Of a DNA stretch of 64,000 nt, positions 1 to 13,353 are shown in pieces (the first letter of the stretch is position 1; every line of letters begins with the position of its first letter). The notes under the pieces were generated by a model, which was not told where the DNA came from, ran no database searches, and saw nothing but the letters and a program-made list of their open reading frames with translations. The stretch is from the NCBI GenBank assembly GCA_001642005.1, contig LWCA01000038.1, forward strand, positions 1 to 64,000. Direction: 5' to 3'. The translations under genes and the position numbers were made by a program. Source of the stretch: Intoshia linei (lineage: Eukaryota; Animalia; Orthonectida).

Positions 1-289
1 ATCCACCGTATTCACCAGACTTAGCACCATCTGATTATTACCTATTTAAAGCTAACCATTACTATGGTAAAAAATACACTTCAAATGAAGGGTTAAAATT
101 GGACATAGAAAAGTTTTTGTCCAATAAAGAAGCGAGTTTTTATGCTAATGGTATAAATAGACTACCGGAACGTTGGAAAAAGACTGTGGAAAGCAATGGT
201 GAATATTATAATATAACTTTATTTTTAATGTAATCAAATAAACTTTTTAATTTTGTTAAAAAAACGACATTACTTATGAAACGACCTAA
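1..289 (+). mobile_element. 3' end of a mariner (Tc1/mariner) transposon: transposase C-terminus plus right TIR
   Basis: Frame from nt 3 reads PPYSPDLAPSDYYLF...FYANGINRLPERWKKTVESNGEY (mariner YSPDLAPxD motif), stop at 231-233. Right TIR (reverse complement TTAGGTCGTTTCATAAGTAATGTCGTTTT) ends at 289 and is followed by TA. Lies in an intron of the cholinesterase gene. Confidence 0.92.
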
Positions 290-1000
290 TATTTTAAATT
301 TTATTTGAAATTTTTAACCGGTAATATTCATATTGAATTATAATTAACTTTACAGTAAAAATGTTAAAAAAATACAATTGATAATTATATTGAATAGTGA
401 TAAATCTTTTAAATTTTATAAGCACCCTTGAGATAAAGGTACCAAAAAACTTGTCTAAAACAAGATATTAATTAATTTAATAGTTTTTTAATGTAATCAT
501 AATTATTATTATGATACGGCCGCAGGCCGTATGCGTTAGACCCGTTAATATTACTTAAATCATCAAAAAAAATTTGTTTCAAAAATGACTACAGTAATAT
601 TTAGATTTTTCAATTTCATTTTTTAATATCAAGATTAGATGATTTATATTAACAAAACTGAGACTACCAATATATAAAACAAATTTTTCAGAACCTCTTT
701 AGTAGAGAAATTTCGTAACCATTTATTTTTAATTTTTTATGAATCCGACCATTTTCTTCAAATAGTTTTTCAACCTTCCCCTAAATGTATCTCACTACCA
801 CTTTGAATTTTTAGCCAATTTGGTGTTTCAAGATATTTGAGAATTGTTAGCAATTATAAAATGGGGTTATTTCATAATTTTTTGTTAAAAGATATTTTTC
901 TATTGAGATTAGATAAAACTGAATTTTTTAATATATTCATTGAATTGACCTGCTCTACTTTTTACTTTTGCTATTTACGACAGACGGCATCACATATTAC

Positions 1001-2049
1001 CTTTCAATCCAAGTTTATCATTTTTAAGAAATCCTAAAGCTCCAATTCTATAATTGAAAGAAACTACCAAAACGTTCCCTTGACTAGCAAGATATTTTCC
1101 GTTATAAATGGACAAAGCACTTGTTCCAGAAGTGAATCCTCCACCAAAAATCCAAACCATGACAGTATATATTCTAGTATCATTGTGTGGAACCCATATA
1201 TTTAAATTTAAGCAATCTTCGCTTTGTTTATTTGGAGCATTCCACATTGTTGACCCAGAAAAATTTCTATATGTCTTATCTATAACTTGAGGACAAGAAG
1301 GACCATATTCCATGGCTTTAAAGATTCCTATAAATAAAATTAATTATACTATTAAACGTTGACCTGATTTATATTTTTCTTTGTATGGTTTAGGTTTCTC
1401 AAACCTTAAATCATTAATAGGTGCTACTCCATATGGAATACCTAATTGTATTATGGAGTTTATAACAGATGTTATTACCTAAAAATTGCTTTACAACTTT
1501 TTTTTCGTACCCATTCACATAACTACCAAGAATCTTTCCATTGTCTATTGCTATGCATAGTGAATCATCTACAAATGAAATAATTGTAAATTGACAAACA
1601 GTTTTATTTTTGACAAACAGTCTACATCACCCACTAAATCTAGCGTCTTATCCCATAAACTATTAAAATTACCATTTAAGTGTAAATGTTTGTTCATTGA
1701 ATTACAATTTATTCCAACAGTTACAAATCTGTGTAAAAGTGAAATAAGAAAAATTAATTAAAATAAATGTGAGTCACGTTTTAGTATATTTACCTGAATG
1801 TTTAATTCTCTCTAATATAGTTGATATACTTTAATATTAGATATATTGTTGTATAAGTACATTTAAAATTAAATTAATTAAATGTCAAAATAAACTGTTG
1901 TATATAAGATGTTGTTGATGATATACTGATGTTGGTTTACCGCACTTGTAGATTGAATTTTGAACAAAATAGAATATTATGGGTATGGGAACTATGACTA
2001 ACATAAGCGTTAGGCATACAGCAAAGGGTAGTATCGTAATACGCTTCAT
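1001..2049 (-). CDS. ACHE: Acetylcholinesterase/cholinesterase-like carboxylesterase, 5' part (gene continues off the left edge)
   Basis: Spliced exons (~1568-1479, 1441-1364, 1328-1001; 37 and 35 nt GT-AG introns) give DDSLCIAIDNGKILG..FLGIPYGVAPINDLRFEKP..STMWN..SEDCLNLNIW..VMVWIFGGGFTSG..YRIGALGFL. The choline-site Trp and oxyanion GGG are present. A putative first exon at 2049-1941 encodes a hydrophobic leader. The catalytic Ser exon is outside the window. Confidence 0.85.
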
Positions 2050-2559
2050 ATTGGACAGAAATTGAATAATTCTAAATTATTCATAAAAATATAAATTTTA
2101 CATATACTTGAATCTTTGAAATAAATACTTGAATACTACACCAATTAAATTGAGAAGGGGTGGTCCATTCACATGTACTGATGGACTGATCTCTTATTAC
2201 TAAAACAAAAATAATACATAATTTGAAAAACTTGTCAGTTTCATTTGCCTCAGAAATATTCACATGAGCTTGATAAATAATAATTTTAAATATTAACACA
2301 TTTGTGTACAATATGTATAACAAAATATTTGTTTACAATCAATTTATTGATTACTTGTTATATATATTTACTAGAGTTGAGATATTTATCTCTATATTCT
2401 TTAAGTTAGTTACATGTTATAAATTTTTGTTTTCACAAAATTTGTCAGATAATTTTCAATAAATAAATAACTGTCAAAATGTGTTAAATTTAATTAAATT
2501 TTGTAAAGTTATGAACTAACACGGAGGTAGAAATAGAATTACAGAAAAAATAAAATTAT

Positions 2560-3534
2560 AAAAACCTATTGTCATTTTCAATGTGATAATATATATTCAG
2601 TACCAATGTTATAAATAATTTTAATTAATAAGTAGTTTAATTAATAAGTAATAATAATAATAATTAGTAAGTAATAATTAGTTTTAATTTAAATTTTAAA
2701 CAAAATGTTTTGAAAATGAGAATTTGAGATTGAAAAATTTCGAAGGAATAAATTATATAGATTTTCACTCATATTCCTTTATTGGAAATGTGTAAACGTT
2801 CCATGCACATTTTTTTTGAAATTGTAGGAACAATATTTACATTTTCAATTTTTATTTTACATTAATCGTTAATCGAAACATTTGAAAAATATTGGTTGAT
2901 AATATATTAAAAATTATTTTTCACCGGGAATGCGTAGATTTCTCGGGTTGAACTTTTGTATTTATATCAAATGGAATAAGCTCTATCAGAATAATCTTTT
3001 TTTTTAATTTTCTGACCGTTAATAATTTCACATTTTTTGTTTTAATAGATTATTTCGGAAAAAAAATATATGAATACTAAAATGCTTTTTTGACCGTGAA
3101 GGCGCACTTATCAGATTTAAATTTTTTGTTATGAACAGGATACAACTGTACCACCTGTAATTTTTTTAAATTCTAGGGTTTTTTTTATTAAAAAAAGGGT
3201 AATTTGGGGTTTTTGGTCCTGAAGATATATTTTTTTAAATTTAAATTTATGTTAATATTTATGATTTTAAAATCCGTACAATCATCAATTGTAACATCAA
3301 TTGAGTATATATTTTTTTAAATTTTCAAACTCGTTTGATTTTAAAAAACAAAAGGACAATTGGACTTTTTGACCTGTAAAATGTGCGTTTGGGAGGTTGA
3401 AATTTATTTTGCTAACACTCCCGGAATAAACTGTAATTGAAATATGGACTTTATAAATTCTAAAACAGGTAGTTTTTGGAATAAATAGTAACACAGACAA
3501 ACAAATATTGCAAAGCATATTATATAACTAAGGA
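2560..3534 (-). mobile_element. Non-autonomous Helitron family copy (5' end at 3534)
   Basis: Minus strand begins A|TCCTTAGTTATATAATATGCT...; internal sequence matches the copies at 40515, 51050 and 53284. Confidence 0.75.
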
Positions 3535-3699
3535 TTATTATCATTTAGAATTTGTAAAATTGTATTACATCTTTATATTTATCCTTTATTATAAAATTGA
3601 TATGTAAACAATATATTGTATCAATAAATACAGGATTAAGCACATTTCGACCGAAATTTTCGGGTGAATGTTGATATTTAATGTATTGAAATAAATCTC

Positions 3700-4140
3700 A
3701 ATGTTAATTTTTTTTAAAATTCTAAAACTTCATGTGGTCGTGAAACTGCACTTTTTTGAGGTTGCATTCTATCATAATGTTTATGACTTAACTATCCCAG
3801 AATTTATGTTTTTTGAAATTTTAGGACTTTTTTTATTTTGACCCCAAATTTTTTATTTGGGGTTTTGACCATGAAGATATTTGTTTCTGAGGCTGAGATT
3901 TACGGAAATGTTAATGGCTTTAAAACGTGTCCCAAAATTTATGTTATTTAAAATTATAGGGCTTATTATATTTTTAAAATAAAGGGGTACATTGGGTTTT
4001 AATACTGAAGGACTCAGTTTCTGTAAATGAAATTTCCCTTAGAACATTACTTTCGAAAAAATGTACCATAAATAGGTTTTTTATAAATTCAATGGACTGT
4101 TGATGTTATAATTAAACTGTAACACACACTGACATTTAAT
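3700..4140 (-). mobile_element. Helitron family fragment
   Basis: Diverged ~130-bp modules (GGGGTTTTGACCATGAAG...) shared with the other copies. Confidence 0.6.
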
Positions 4141-4766
4141 TTTTAATAAGTAAAAGATTTATTATAGTATTTATAGTATTAATACAAAATATTTAGCTGA
4201 CCTACATTTCTACATTACACCAATTTTGTGTGGCGTCAATTCTCTAGTTCGCCATATATTTAAATCTTGACTATAACTCAATAAGTTTCAACCAGTTGTT
4301 CTCAAATCCTAATTTATTTTGACATTTTTGATAATTATGCGAATCGAGGCTCCACTGTATGAGAGTATATACTGTATAGTGCTAACCAAGTTAAATCAGA
4401 ATTTGAACATTAAATGTAACCAGTCCATTAAACTATCCACAATTGTACATGAGATTAACATAAGAAACAGAGTAGAAACTAAATTAATTTGTTATTACAT
4501 AATTGACCATTCAAAAAACTGGTACATTTTTTTTAGTTTCATGTGATTTAGAAAAGTTAATTTATATTTTAAACTTCCCTCAATTCTCAACATTTAAAAA
4601 ATACAAAAATGTATAATTAAACTTTAATTAAAATTTAGTTAAAATTAAAAAAAACAATTTGAGAGGAAGATTAATTTATTTATACTCAATAATCTCGAAA
4701 TTCGAGCGATATTTTAATTGACGTGATAAATTATTTGCGATTCATTTATTGAAAGATAAATCTGAA

Positions 4767-7700
4767 ATGTTTAACAGTATACGTCGACTTAATTGTTTGG
4801 CAAAAAGACCCTTTATGATTACAAACCGATACTTTGGAAATGTAAAAAGTTCTACAGTATCAAACTTCAAATCTAACCAGAGAAACTTTAGAGAAAAAGA
4901 TCAGGAAATGAGCGGTGGTAAAATTTTTAGACATCTAACATATAGACTAAATACAAATGGCTTGATAAACCGAAATGATATAAACTCGGCTTTGAATAAT
5001 TTACATTCAAAATCTCAAGATTATCCATATTACTATAATTTGATACTATCTAGTTGCATGAATCTGAAAAATTTAAACAATGGTGAACGTTTTGATATAA
5101 TGAAATCATTATGGAAAAATTTAAGTGAAATGGAAAACCCTTTAACTACACAACTCTACAATACAAAATTGCAAGTAATGCTCAACTGTAAAGTTTTTGT
5201 TGATCCATTTAATTATTTAAAAGTTATGAAAAATAATAATTTGACACCCAACCAAGCTACATACAATTTATTAATTAGCCATTGTGCTCACAAAAAAGAA
5301 ATTGATTCAATGACTAAACTTTATGATATTTATAAAACAAAAAACTTTGCCGAGTCAATAAATTTAAAAAATAATTTTATTATTGGTCATTTACTTAATG
5401 AAGATGTTGAAACTGCTTATTCGTTGTTGGACGAATTGAAGAATTCTAAAAATTTGTGTCCGGATCGCAACACTTTTCAAATTTTTCTCAATTATTATGC
5501 CAAAAATGGGAACTTGGAAATGTTTGACGAGAGTCTTAAAGAAATGAATGCTCAAGAAATTCATTTGAATGCTGATATGGCTGTTGAACTTGTTGATCAA
5601 TTTATTGAAACTAATGTTGGTTACGCTAAGAAGGTGCGTTTGTATTTTTATTTTTTTAATGTTTCAGTTTCAATTCATCTATTTTTAGATTATGGATATG
5701 GTTTCAAAGGATGGGTACATTCATCGATCTTGCATATTTTATATAATGAAACTCGCGTCAGAAAAAAAATTGAACAAATTGAATATTGTTGCCGATTTAT
5801 TACCGTTTGATCATAATTACGTGTATAGGACTTTCTTTTCCACTCTTATTCGCAGAAATGATGTATCATTTTTATTTTTTGTAGTTTTAATGTGTTATAG
5901 AAGGAAGATATGATTGCTGAGTATTTACTTCAATATGAAAAAAAATTCCCACATTCAAATGCTCGATTATTTGATGACAATTTGTTGAATGATGTTTGGG
6001 AAAATAGAGGTAATTTATGTTTAAATTATCATTTCGTTCATTATTAATTAAATTAGCATATTTTATTATTTTACTAATCAAAAATTCAAATCAATTTTAG
6101 TATGATAGTTATTTATAGACCAAGTTAGTATTTTAGTTAGATATTTGATCTTAACTTAAGACTTGGGGTTGGTAAAATTTGACTTTTTTGGGTTGGATTA
6201 AGAGGTTGTTTTAAAATCGGATTTTTCAATTTTTCAGCTGGTAACACCTTTGGCTATGATTTATTTTATTTTTATTATGGGTACTTGGGTTTGACCGTGA
6301 AGATTATAAGGCAAATTTCACATAAAATTAACATTTTTGCAAAAGGACCAGAAAAAACTGCATGTTTAAATTTTAAATCGTTACATCTGAAGTGGGGAAG
6401 CATTTAATTTGCGAAGGCCTCACTAACGTCCCAAAAAAATTTAATAAGGCCGCATTTTTTTAAATAAAATTTAATTAAATTCAGCAGTGCTTCTCATGGG
6501 GGTGACTGGTCACCCCAAGGGATGAATACGAACATTTTAGATGATTGGGATGAAGGATACATTTTTTTGCATGTTTTATTTAATTTAGTAAAATCTTATG
6601 AGAAAAAGCCAAAATTTTACTAACTCTTAATTAAAAATCCTTCCATCTGATCCCATAAGAAAAAATCTAATTTTACGTTGAAAAAAAACTATTTTTCACA
6701 ATATTTTTCTGAAAAATCGCTTTTACCAAAATGTATATTTTAAAAATAATTCAAATTGTTCAGAAGGCTGCACTTTCCCCAACTCTGGGTTACTTATCAA
6801 TCTATAACTAATCAATTCTTAAATTTTGACCTTAAATTTAATTATAATTTAGATGCATTTTTCAAATTATTGGAAGCTTGCGAAAAAATTGTATTAACCT
6901 TTCAATATTTGAATATATCTCTAATATTTAGAATGTAACGTTTATTAGAAAACTCTTGAATCGAAAATTGAGCTTATTGATAAAAGCCAAAGACATACCG
7001 GGTACATTAAATAATTAATAAAATGTTATACTAGGGGTGTTCCAAAATTTTAAAAATTAAGTTCAGGTTCGGAAAAAGTTGAGTAATTAATCAAAAATGA
7101 CTACAAGGAAAAATAATTAAATTAGATAAAAATTTGCGGAGACGCTTGCCATTTTAAAGATCCCATACAAAAATGTTCTACAAATATTAAATTATAAATT
7201 TATTTAATTGCATGTTGTCATCGAATGTGCTAGTTATGATTTGAAACATCTTGTTGTGATCACCTCTTACTTTTTATTATATCGATGTTTAAAGTTTTTA
7301 TAATTTTATAAAAATTTTCACTAAAAACAAAAATAAATGAGGTAGAATTGAATTTGAAGATGCAAATGAACAATCAAAACATAGCTACATTGTCTCATAA
7401 CATTCCAGTTAATAAAGTTAAATATTTTTGTATAAAATTTTTAAAATGGCAAGCATTGCCGCAAAAAATTCTCCAAAATAATTTTTTTTTAGTGTAGGCA
7501 TAAAACTAACATACGCGATTTTATCTGTTCCTGCACCATAAAATTTCCAAAAAACTACTAAAATTCACATCCTAATTATGGAGTCCTGATTATTCGAAAA
7601 TTTGAAAAACCGGTTATCGAATAATTCCGGTTATTTGAACAACGATTATCCGATTAATCAGAATTTAAAATTTTTTAAAATTTTGTTTGTGTGTGTTCCA

Positions 7701-10700
7701 CTTTATTTCCGTAACTACCCGTATTAGAATTTTATAAAGTCCACATTTTAATTACAGTTTTTATCTGGGGGTGTGCGCAAATAAATTTCAACATCATAAA
7801 CTCACATCTTACGGGTCAAAAAGTCCAATTGTCCTTTTTTTTTGATATCAAACGAGTTTGAAAATTTAAAAAAATATATACTTTCGTACGGATTTTAAAA
7901 TCGTGAATTTAGACTATTTATGACAATTTTTAGGACTGTATTTACTTTATTTTTAATATTATACACACAAGCTGTCTAATAAATTAAAAAAATGGAATAA
8001 CAATTGTTTTTAAAATTTTTTACGCAAATGTTAACAAACAAAAAATTAAGATGGAATAAAATTCACTTTAAAATAAAAAAGTAATGTAATATATGACTTC
8101 AATTTTATATTTATGAAATTTTTGAAAATCCGATTATTCGAAATATATTCCGATTATTTTTCTCCGATTATTGTAAGCGATTAACCGGGTTTTCGATTAA
8201 TCGGATATCATACCCTAATTTTAATGCAGTGAAGACTTTTCAGTTGGTGTGTCAAAAAAAATGTTTTGCATTTTCTTTTGTAGTTGCATGTCATTTTTAA
8301 ATAATAAATAATTTTAGGTACGTATACTTTTCTATTATTACTCACTTTTGAGTTAATCTTTCCACACCATGTTAAAAATATCAAATAAGCTTTTTACCAG
8401 GGTGTCAGGTAGAATTCCTGTACGAGTTGCTAGTTACCCTCGTGTCATATTTTTGCCATCACTGTCCTAATGTATCATTTTTTTGATATATATTTTAGAA
8501 TTATATAACGTATTCAATTTGTTGCCCACATTGAATGACCCGAGAGTACAATTAGTTTTAATGATTGATAATCTATTAGAAATGGGTGAATCTTATGAAA
8601 ATATTTTGGAAAAGTTAAAGGTTGCTTTACTTTGATTAAATTTTATAATGAGTGTATTCTTAGGAAGTTGGATTTACAGAAAGTGAAATTGATTTTAAAC
8701 CATTTTTATCCATGGCTAAAGCCGGAAAATTTGAAGAACTTAATAGTTATTCAGGTATTGTTTGCTCAATGTTGTAAAATTTATAAAAATTTAGATGACG
8801 AATTAAATAATTACAGATCCGTGTTTTCGTATGATCAAGGTTACAATTTCAATGTAAACAGTGATAATTTCGACCAATTTGTGAAGGTAATCATTATTTA
8901 TTATCTCAATGGTGGTCAATTTGCTGATACCAATATCATTTTTTTAAATTTATAAAGGCCTAATTTGTAAAATGTAAACTGAATACAATGACGCTTTTGA
9001 GTCTCAGAAATTTTTAATGTTTGGAACTAAGTACTAGGAAAAAGGAATTTATGGTTGCTAAAATTTTGGATTTTTATTTTGTGGTTGGATTAAGAGTTTT
9101 TTCTCGTAAGGTTTGGTAAAATTCAAGTTTTAAAAAAAAATTAGGAAAAGAAATTTTACCTTAATTTAAGGCTTAAGGGTTGGTAATTTGGATTGTTTAT
9201 TTTGGGGTTGTATTAAAAAAAATTTTGTAAAATTGTAAGAATATTTTTACATAAAGGGCTAAGATTCGGTATAAAATCCCATTATCTGGTAACTACAATA
9301 ATGTATTTTACAAAAATAAACTAATTTCTTAATTTTGCTTGTAATAAAATTAGAAATGCTGGTAATAAAATTTTGACCAGCAATGTTACTAACATCTTTC
9401 ACTATAATAGATTAAGTTTGTTTAGTTTCTGAAAACTGTTAGATTGGATAGATCCAATTTACTTTCAAATTTATTACTATCTAAAGAAAGTGCCGTTTCC
9501 GACAGGATTGTTGAATATATAATAGAAAATAATTCTCTAAACACTATCTGGTTCAATCGAAATCAGGACCGACTGAAGGATAATATTAGTGAAGATTTGT
9601 TTAATTCGTTGAGTGATTCTGTTGAAAACTCAAAAAGAAGGCACAGTTACAGTTCTTTAGACTTGCATGAATTGAAAAAACTCTATGAAACTATACCAGA
9701 AAATGATCAAGACACGATATTTGCCATTAAAGATAAACTTGCTAAGAAATTTTATTATGCTGGGGTATTTCTAGAAAATCATTTTTTTTATTCAAAATTA
9801 GGAGAAAACTGAATTTTTAAAACTTTATAATGAAATTGAACAAAACCCGTCCTTTGATTTGTCAAAACGAAATTCTCAAGTTTTGGTGGAAATGGCGTTG
9901 CGGTCATACATTAAATATAATGATTTTGAAAATGCAAAACTCACTCTGAATAAAATGTAAGATTACGATTGTATTTAAATTTATTATAATTAGACCGAAA
10001 GATTGCAAATTATTTGCCAGGTGTTCATTAGATATGGCTTGCATATCTTTTAGAATGAATAATGATGAAGGTAATAATAATTGTATATTTCAACATTTAA
10101 ACAAATTTAGAGGCAATGGAATACCTTAGTTCATTCAAGGATTCAACAAATCTGAATTCAGAGTCAACCGTAGCCAATTTTGGATTTATGAATTTAATGG
10201 CGACTTTAAAGGATAATGGTAAAATGGACCATGTTGAAAAATGCTTTGAATCCTGTCTGGATGCTATCAAGGTGAGGAATAATTTCTCGGAAGTTAGTTT
10301 TGCTTTTATTGACACATTTTTGAACCCAAAAAATGAAGAAATGATTATTAGTTTGATAAAAACCATGTCTGCCAATCAAATCTTACCTCAACCTTATGAA
10401 TTGTTTATGAAATTAGACTCTTCTTATTCCCCAGAATTTTTAAAAGAAGGTTCATTTATCTTTCTTTTATTTAATATATCTAGTCAATGACATATTTTCT
10501 GCTACTTACGGAACTCAATCTATACTACTAAATTCTATATTCAGTTGTTTGAAATTTGATCAAATTAAGGATGCCAGGAAAAAATTGGGACAATTAATTA
10601 GTTTGGACAGATTATACCTCAGCAATATTTGTCGCTCTTGTGCAGAAAACCAGGATTCTGAAACACTTAAAAAGTTTTTGGAAGTTTCAAACGACACGTC

Positions 10701-11271
10701 ATTCATTAGACGAGATATCGTCTTTTATTACATGTTGAGAGCTCTCGGTAATCTACTATTTATAAAAAACTGATTGTTTCTATAGTTAGACAAGGCAATT
10801 ACAAACAAGCCCTCGATTGCCTGGAAAAGCATGAAGATTATGGAATTTATAACACACAGTTGCACAAAAATTACATGAAAAGATACAGTTCATTGGCTCG
10901 TATTGATTTACCAGATAATTTGATATCAGAACAAGAATCCACGGTTGATAGTTTTGTCGTTATCAGTGATCATTTACAATGCCTTGCAAGCACATCTAAT
11001 GTATTACTGAATTAACATTTTGATTTTATATTTATTAGATTGAAGAATTTAAAAATTTAATTGAACATGGTGAACAGAATGTTAAGGAGTTGGCTTTTCA
11101 AAAATTGCTCGCTCATTTTGGTTTTATTTATCTATTCATTATTTTATTATTTTAGATATGAATGACAGTGAAAAAGTCAAACATTATTTTGAAAAATATG
11201 CCTTTTATCAATTATCTTTAAATAGATTAAATATAAAAGATCAATATAAAGTTATTAGGGCAATTTCATAA
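4767..11271 (+). CDS. LRPPRC: Leucine-rich PPR-motif protein, mitochondrial (LRPPRC/BSF-like), multi-exon
   Basis: Arg-rich presequence MFNSIRRLNCLAKRPF. Tandem PPR motifs YNTKLQVML..PNQATYNLLISHC..PDRNTFQIFLNYYAKNGN resemble the LRPPRC N-terminal PPR block; C-terminal RRDIVFYYMLRAL. Exons were joined through GT-AG introns to a stop at 11269-11271. Confidence 0.85.
7032..7574. mobile_element. Probable hAT-type MITE in an LRPPRC intron
   Basis: Ends TAGGGGTG.../...CACATCCTA resemble the element at 31036; no TSD recovered. Confidence 0.45.
7682..8097 (+). mobile_element. Helitron family fragment
   Basis: TTTGTTTGTGTGTGTTCCACTTTATTTC...AAAAAGTAATGT matches 47785-48237. Confidence 0.7.
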
Positions 11272-11286
11272 TTTATTGTTAATAAA
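11272..11286. terminator. Back-to-back polyadenylation signals shared by convergent LRPPRC and UQCRB
   Basis: TTTATT at 11272-11277 (AATAAA on minus) and AATAAA at 11281-11286, both inside the 18-bp gap between the two stop codons. Confidence 0.6.
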
Positions 11287-11289
11287 ATT

Positions 11290-11683
11290 TTAAATTTCCT
11301 TGTCTTGTCGTTTCCATTCCTCTATTTCATCGAATTCTGATTGTACTTCCATTATATACTCGTGCAAATATGGCGTTTGCTAAATTATTATTCAAAAGGT
11401 TTTAAAGTTCATCTACTTGATTAAATGGTATCTGATCTTCTACTGGTAGATAAGATTTACTTAGGGATAATTGGTTGCATCGAATGATACGAAAGTTTCT
11501 TAAATCCTGAATTTCAGATGGTAGTCTTCGTACAGCTTCTGCAATAATTGGGTCGTCTTCTGGGTACGTATCTTCAACGTGTAATCCTTAATTTTAATAC
11601 ATTTCAGATTATAGATTACCATATGCAACATAATCGTATTCTGGTTTAGCATAATAAGATAGTGGTCCACGGTAAGTAGCCAT
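11290..11683 (-). CDS. UQCRB: Cytochrome b-c1 complex subunit 7 (QCR7), 3 exons; not in the ORF track
   Basis: Spliced product MATYRGPLSYYAKPEYDYVAYGLHVEDTYPEDDPIIAEAVRRLPSEIQDLRNFRIIRCNQLSLSKSYLPVEDQIPFNQQTPYLHEYIMEVQSEFDEIEEWKRQDKEI matches the QCR7 pattern GL..DD....D..V.EA.RRLP...R.FRI.R..LS....LP...YL..Y..EV..E..E...W. A tiny upstream exon near 11772 is possible. Confidence 0.92.
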
Positions 11684-12599
11684 TTTTCTGGAAGTTTTAA
11701 AATACACTAAAATGTAAGCTATATTAATATAAAGATTTTTAATTTGTGTGTAACGAGATTCATACTATGCATTGGCGATTGTAATGATGGAAAAATAAAA
11801 CAGCTACATTTAATTTGATAATTATATATTTTTTTAATCAAATAAATAAAACGTGTTGATTTGATTTTCTAAAAAAATTAAACTCAGCCCTACAATTGGA
11901 ACCAAAGTGAGCCTTTTTTTATTCAATTTTATAATTAGTAAATAGAATATTAATGAAAAAATTTAAGAGTTTTCAGTAAATGATTAGGGTAGACGATTTT
12001 TTGTTAACTACAAAATCAAACCTTTAGAAAAACGTTAATTTTTTTAATATTTCTCACTATAAAAAAAGCGCTTTCAGAGAAAATGTATGTAAATTATAAA
12101 ATTACTAAAATGAAAAAAATAGTTAAGAAACAATACTTAAATAAGAGGTGGGTCGAATCCGGTCCACATAATCATTTTTTAATGTATTATTAGTGTGCAC
12201 TGTTGTCAGCGCACAGAGTTTAAGAAATACTGCTCGATTTCATTGGAACAAGACATTGATAATTACTAATTATCAATTTTAAATTTAAAAAATTACCTGA
12301 TCTTCCCAAAATTGTTCTATATGAGTTTAAAAATTTAGGAACAACTAAATTTCTTAATTAATATTTTCAAAGCCAATTACAAATACCATTAATAAGTTTT
12401 ATCATTTTTAACTTGCAAGTTTAATATCAAAATAAAGACCTTTATTTACAGATACATTTGTAGTACATTTGTGTTTATTTATGAATCATATATCATAAAT
12501 TATGATACAAATTGGATATGAAATATCCATAAAATTAGAGTTTCCAACTCTGTTAAATAATGTAAAGGATATTAATATTACTGAAAGAACTAATATTAA

Positions 12600-12992
12600 G
12601 CATGAGACCTCTCTTCGGAGTAGAGGAATTTTTGTAAAATGACGAATCATTTGATAAAAATTATTATGGGGGAATATTTTCATTGTTTTGACCATGAAGT
12701 TATGCGTGCCTGAGGTTGAGATTAACGACAATGTTAATGATTTTAAAACGCGTCCTAGAATGTATGTTATGTAATGTATATGTACATTTTTGGGCTGATT
12801 TTTTTTAAAAAAAAAAGAAAATTGGGTTTTTGACCCTGAAGAACTCAAATTCTGAAACTGAAAAATAGATAAAAACACGCTCTGGGAAAAACTATATTAG
12901 AAATTGGTATTTTTAAATCCAGCGACTTTCAATTTTTTCAATAAATGGTGACACACACAGACATTCATTTTTATATACATGTAAGTATAGGA
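12600..12992 (-). mobile_element. Helitron family copy (5' end ~12992)
   Basis: Minus strand A|TCCTATACTTACATGTATATAAAAATGAATGTCTGTGTGTG followed by the family modules. Confidence 0.6.
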
Positions 12993-13353
12993 TTTTACTC
13001 GTGTTTCGGACAAAAATTTTTCGTTTCATTCGTACATATCACCTCAACACGATCCGATGCAGAACTTTACTAATACATAATCATTACGTACAGAACATTA
13101 CGTCGTAATGTATAAATCAGTACATAACAATTATACGGGTACATTTATAACCGTTATATTGTACTACAAGGGTTCCCAAAGTGGGTCCAAACTGAGATAA
13201 ACAGAGACACAGTAATACATACTGTGGTGGATAGATATGGTGCCACCACATAACTATGATGCAATACAAATATCCAAAATTCGTCAAAATTAAATAAATA
13301 CATGTAGTTAAAATAAGCTTATTTATTAATCTAAAATGTTACATTATTGAAAC

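Noticed and set aside
640-860. Minus-strand coding-looking stretch with a YIG tripeptide
   Set aside because: Frames are interrupted by stops, with no GIY motif or cholinesterase similarity.
13106-13250. Palindromes ACATTACG-T-CGTAATGT and TGTGGTGG..CCACCACA upstream of the 4-TM gene
   Set aside because: Short stems compatible with chance or TE debris; no supporting context.
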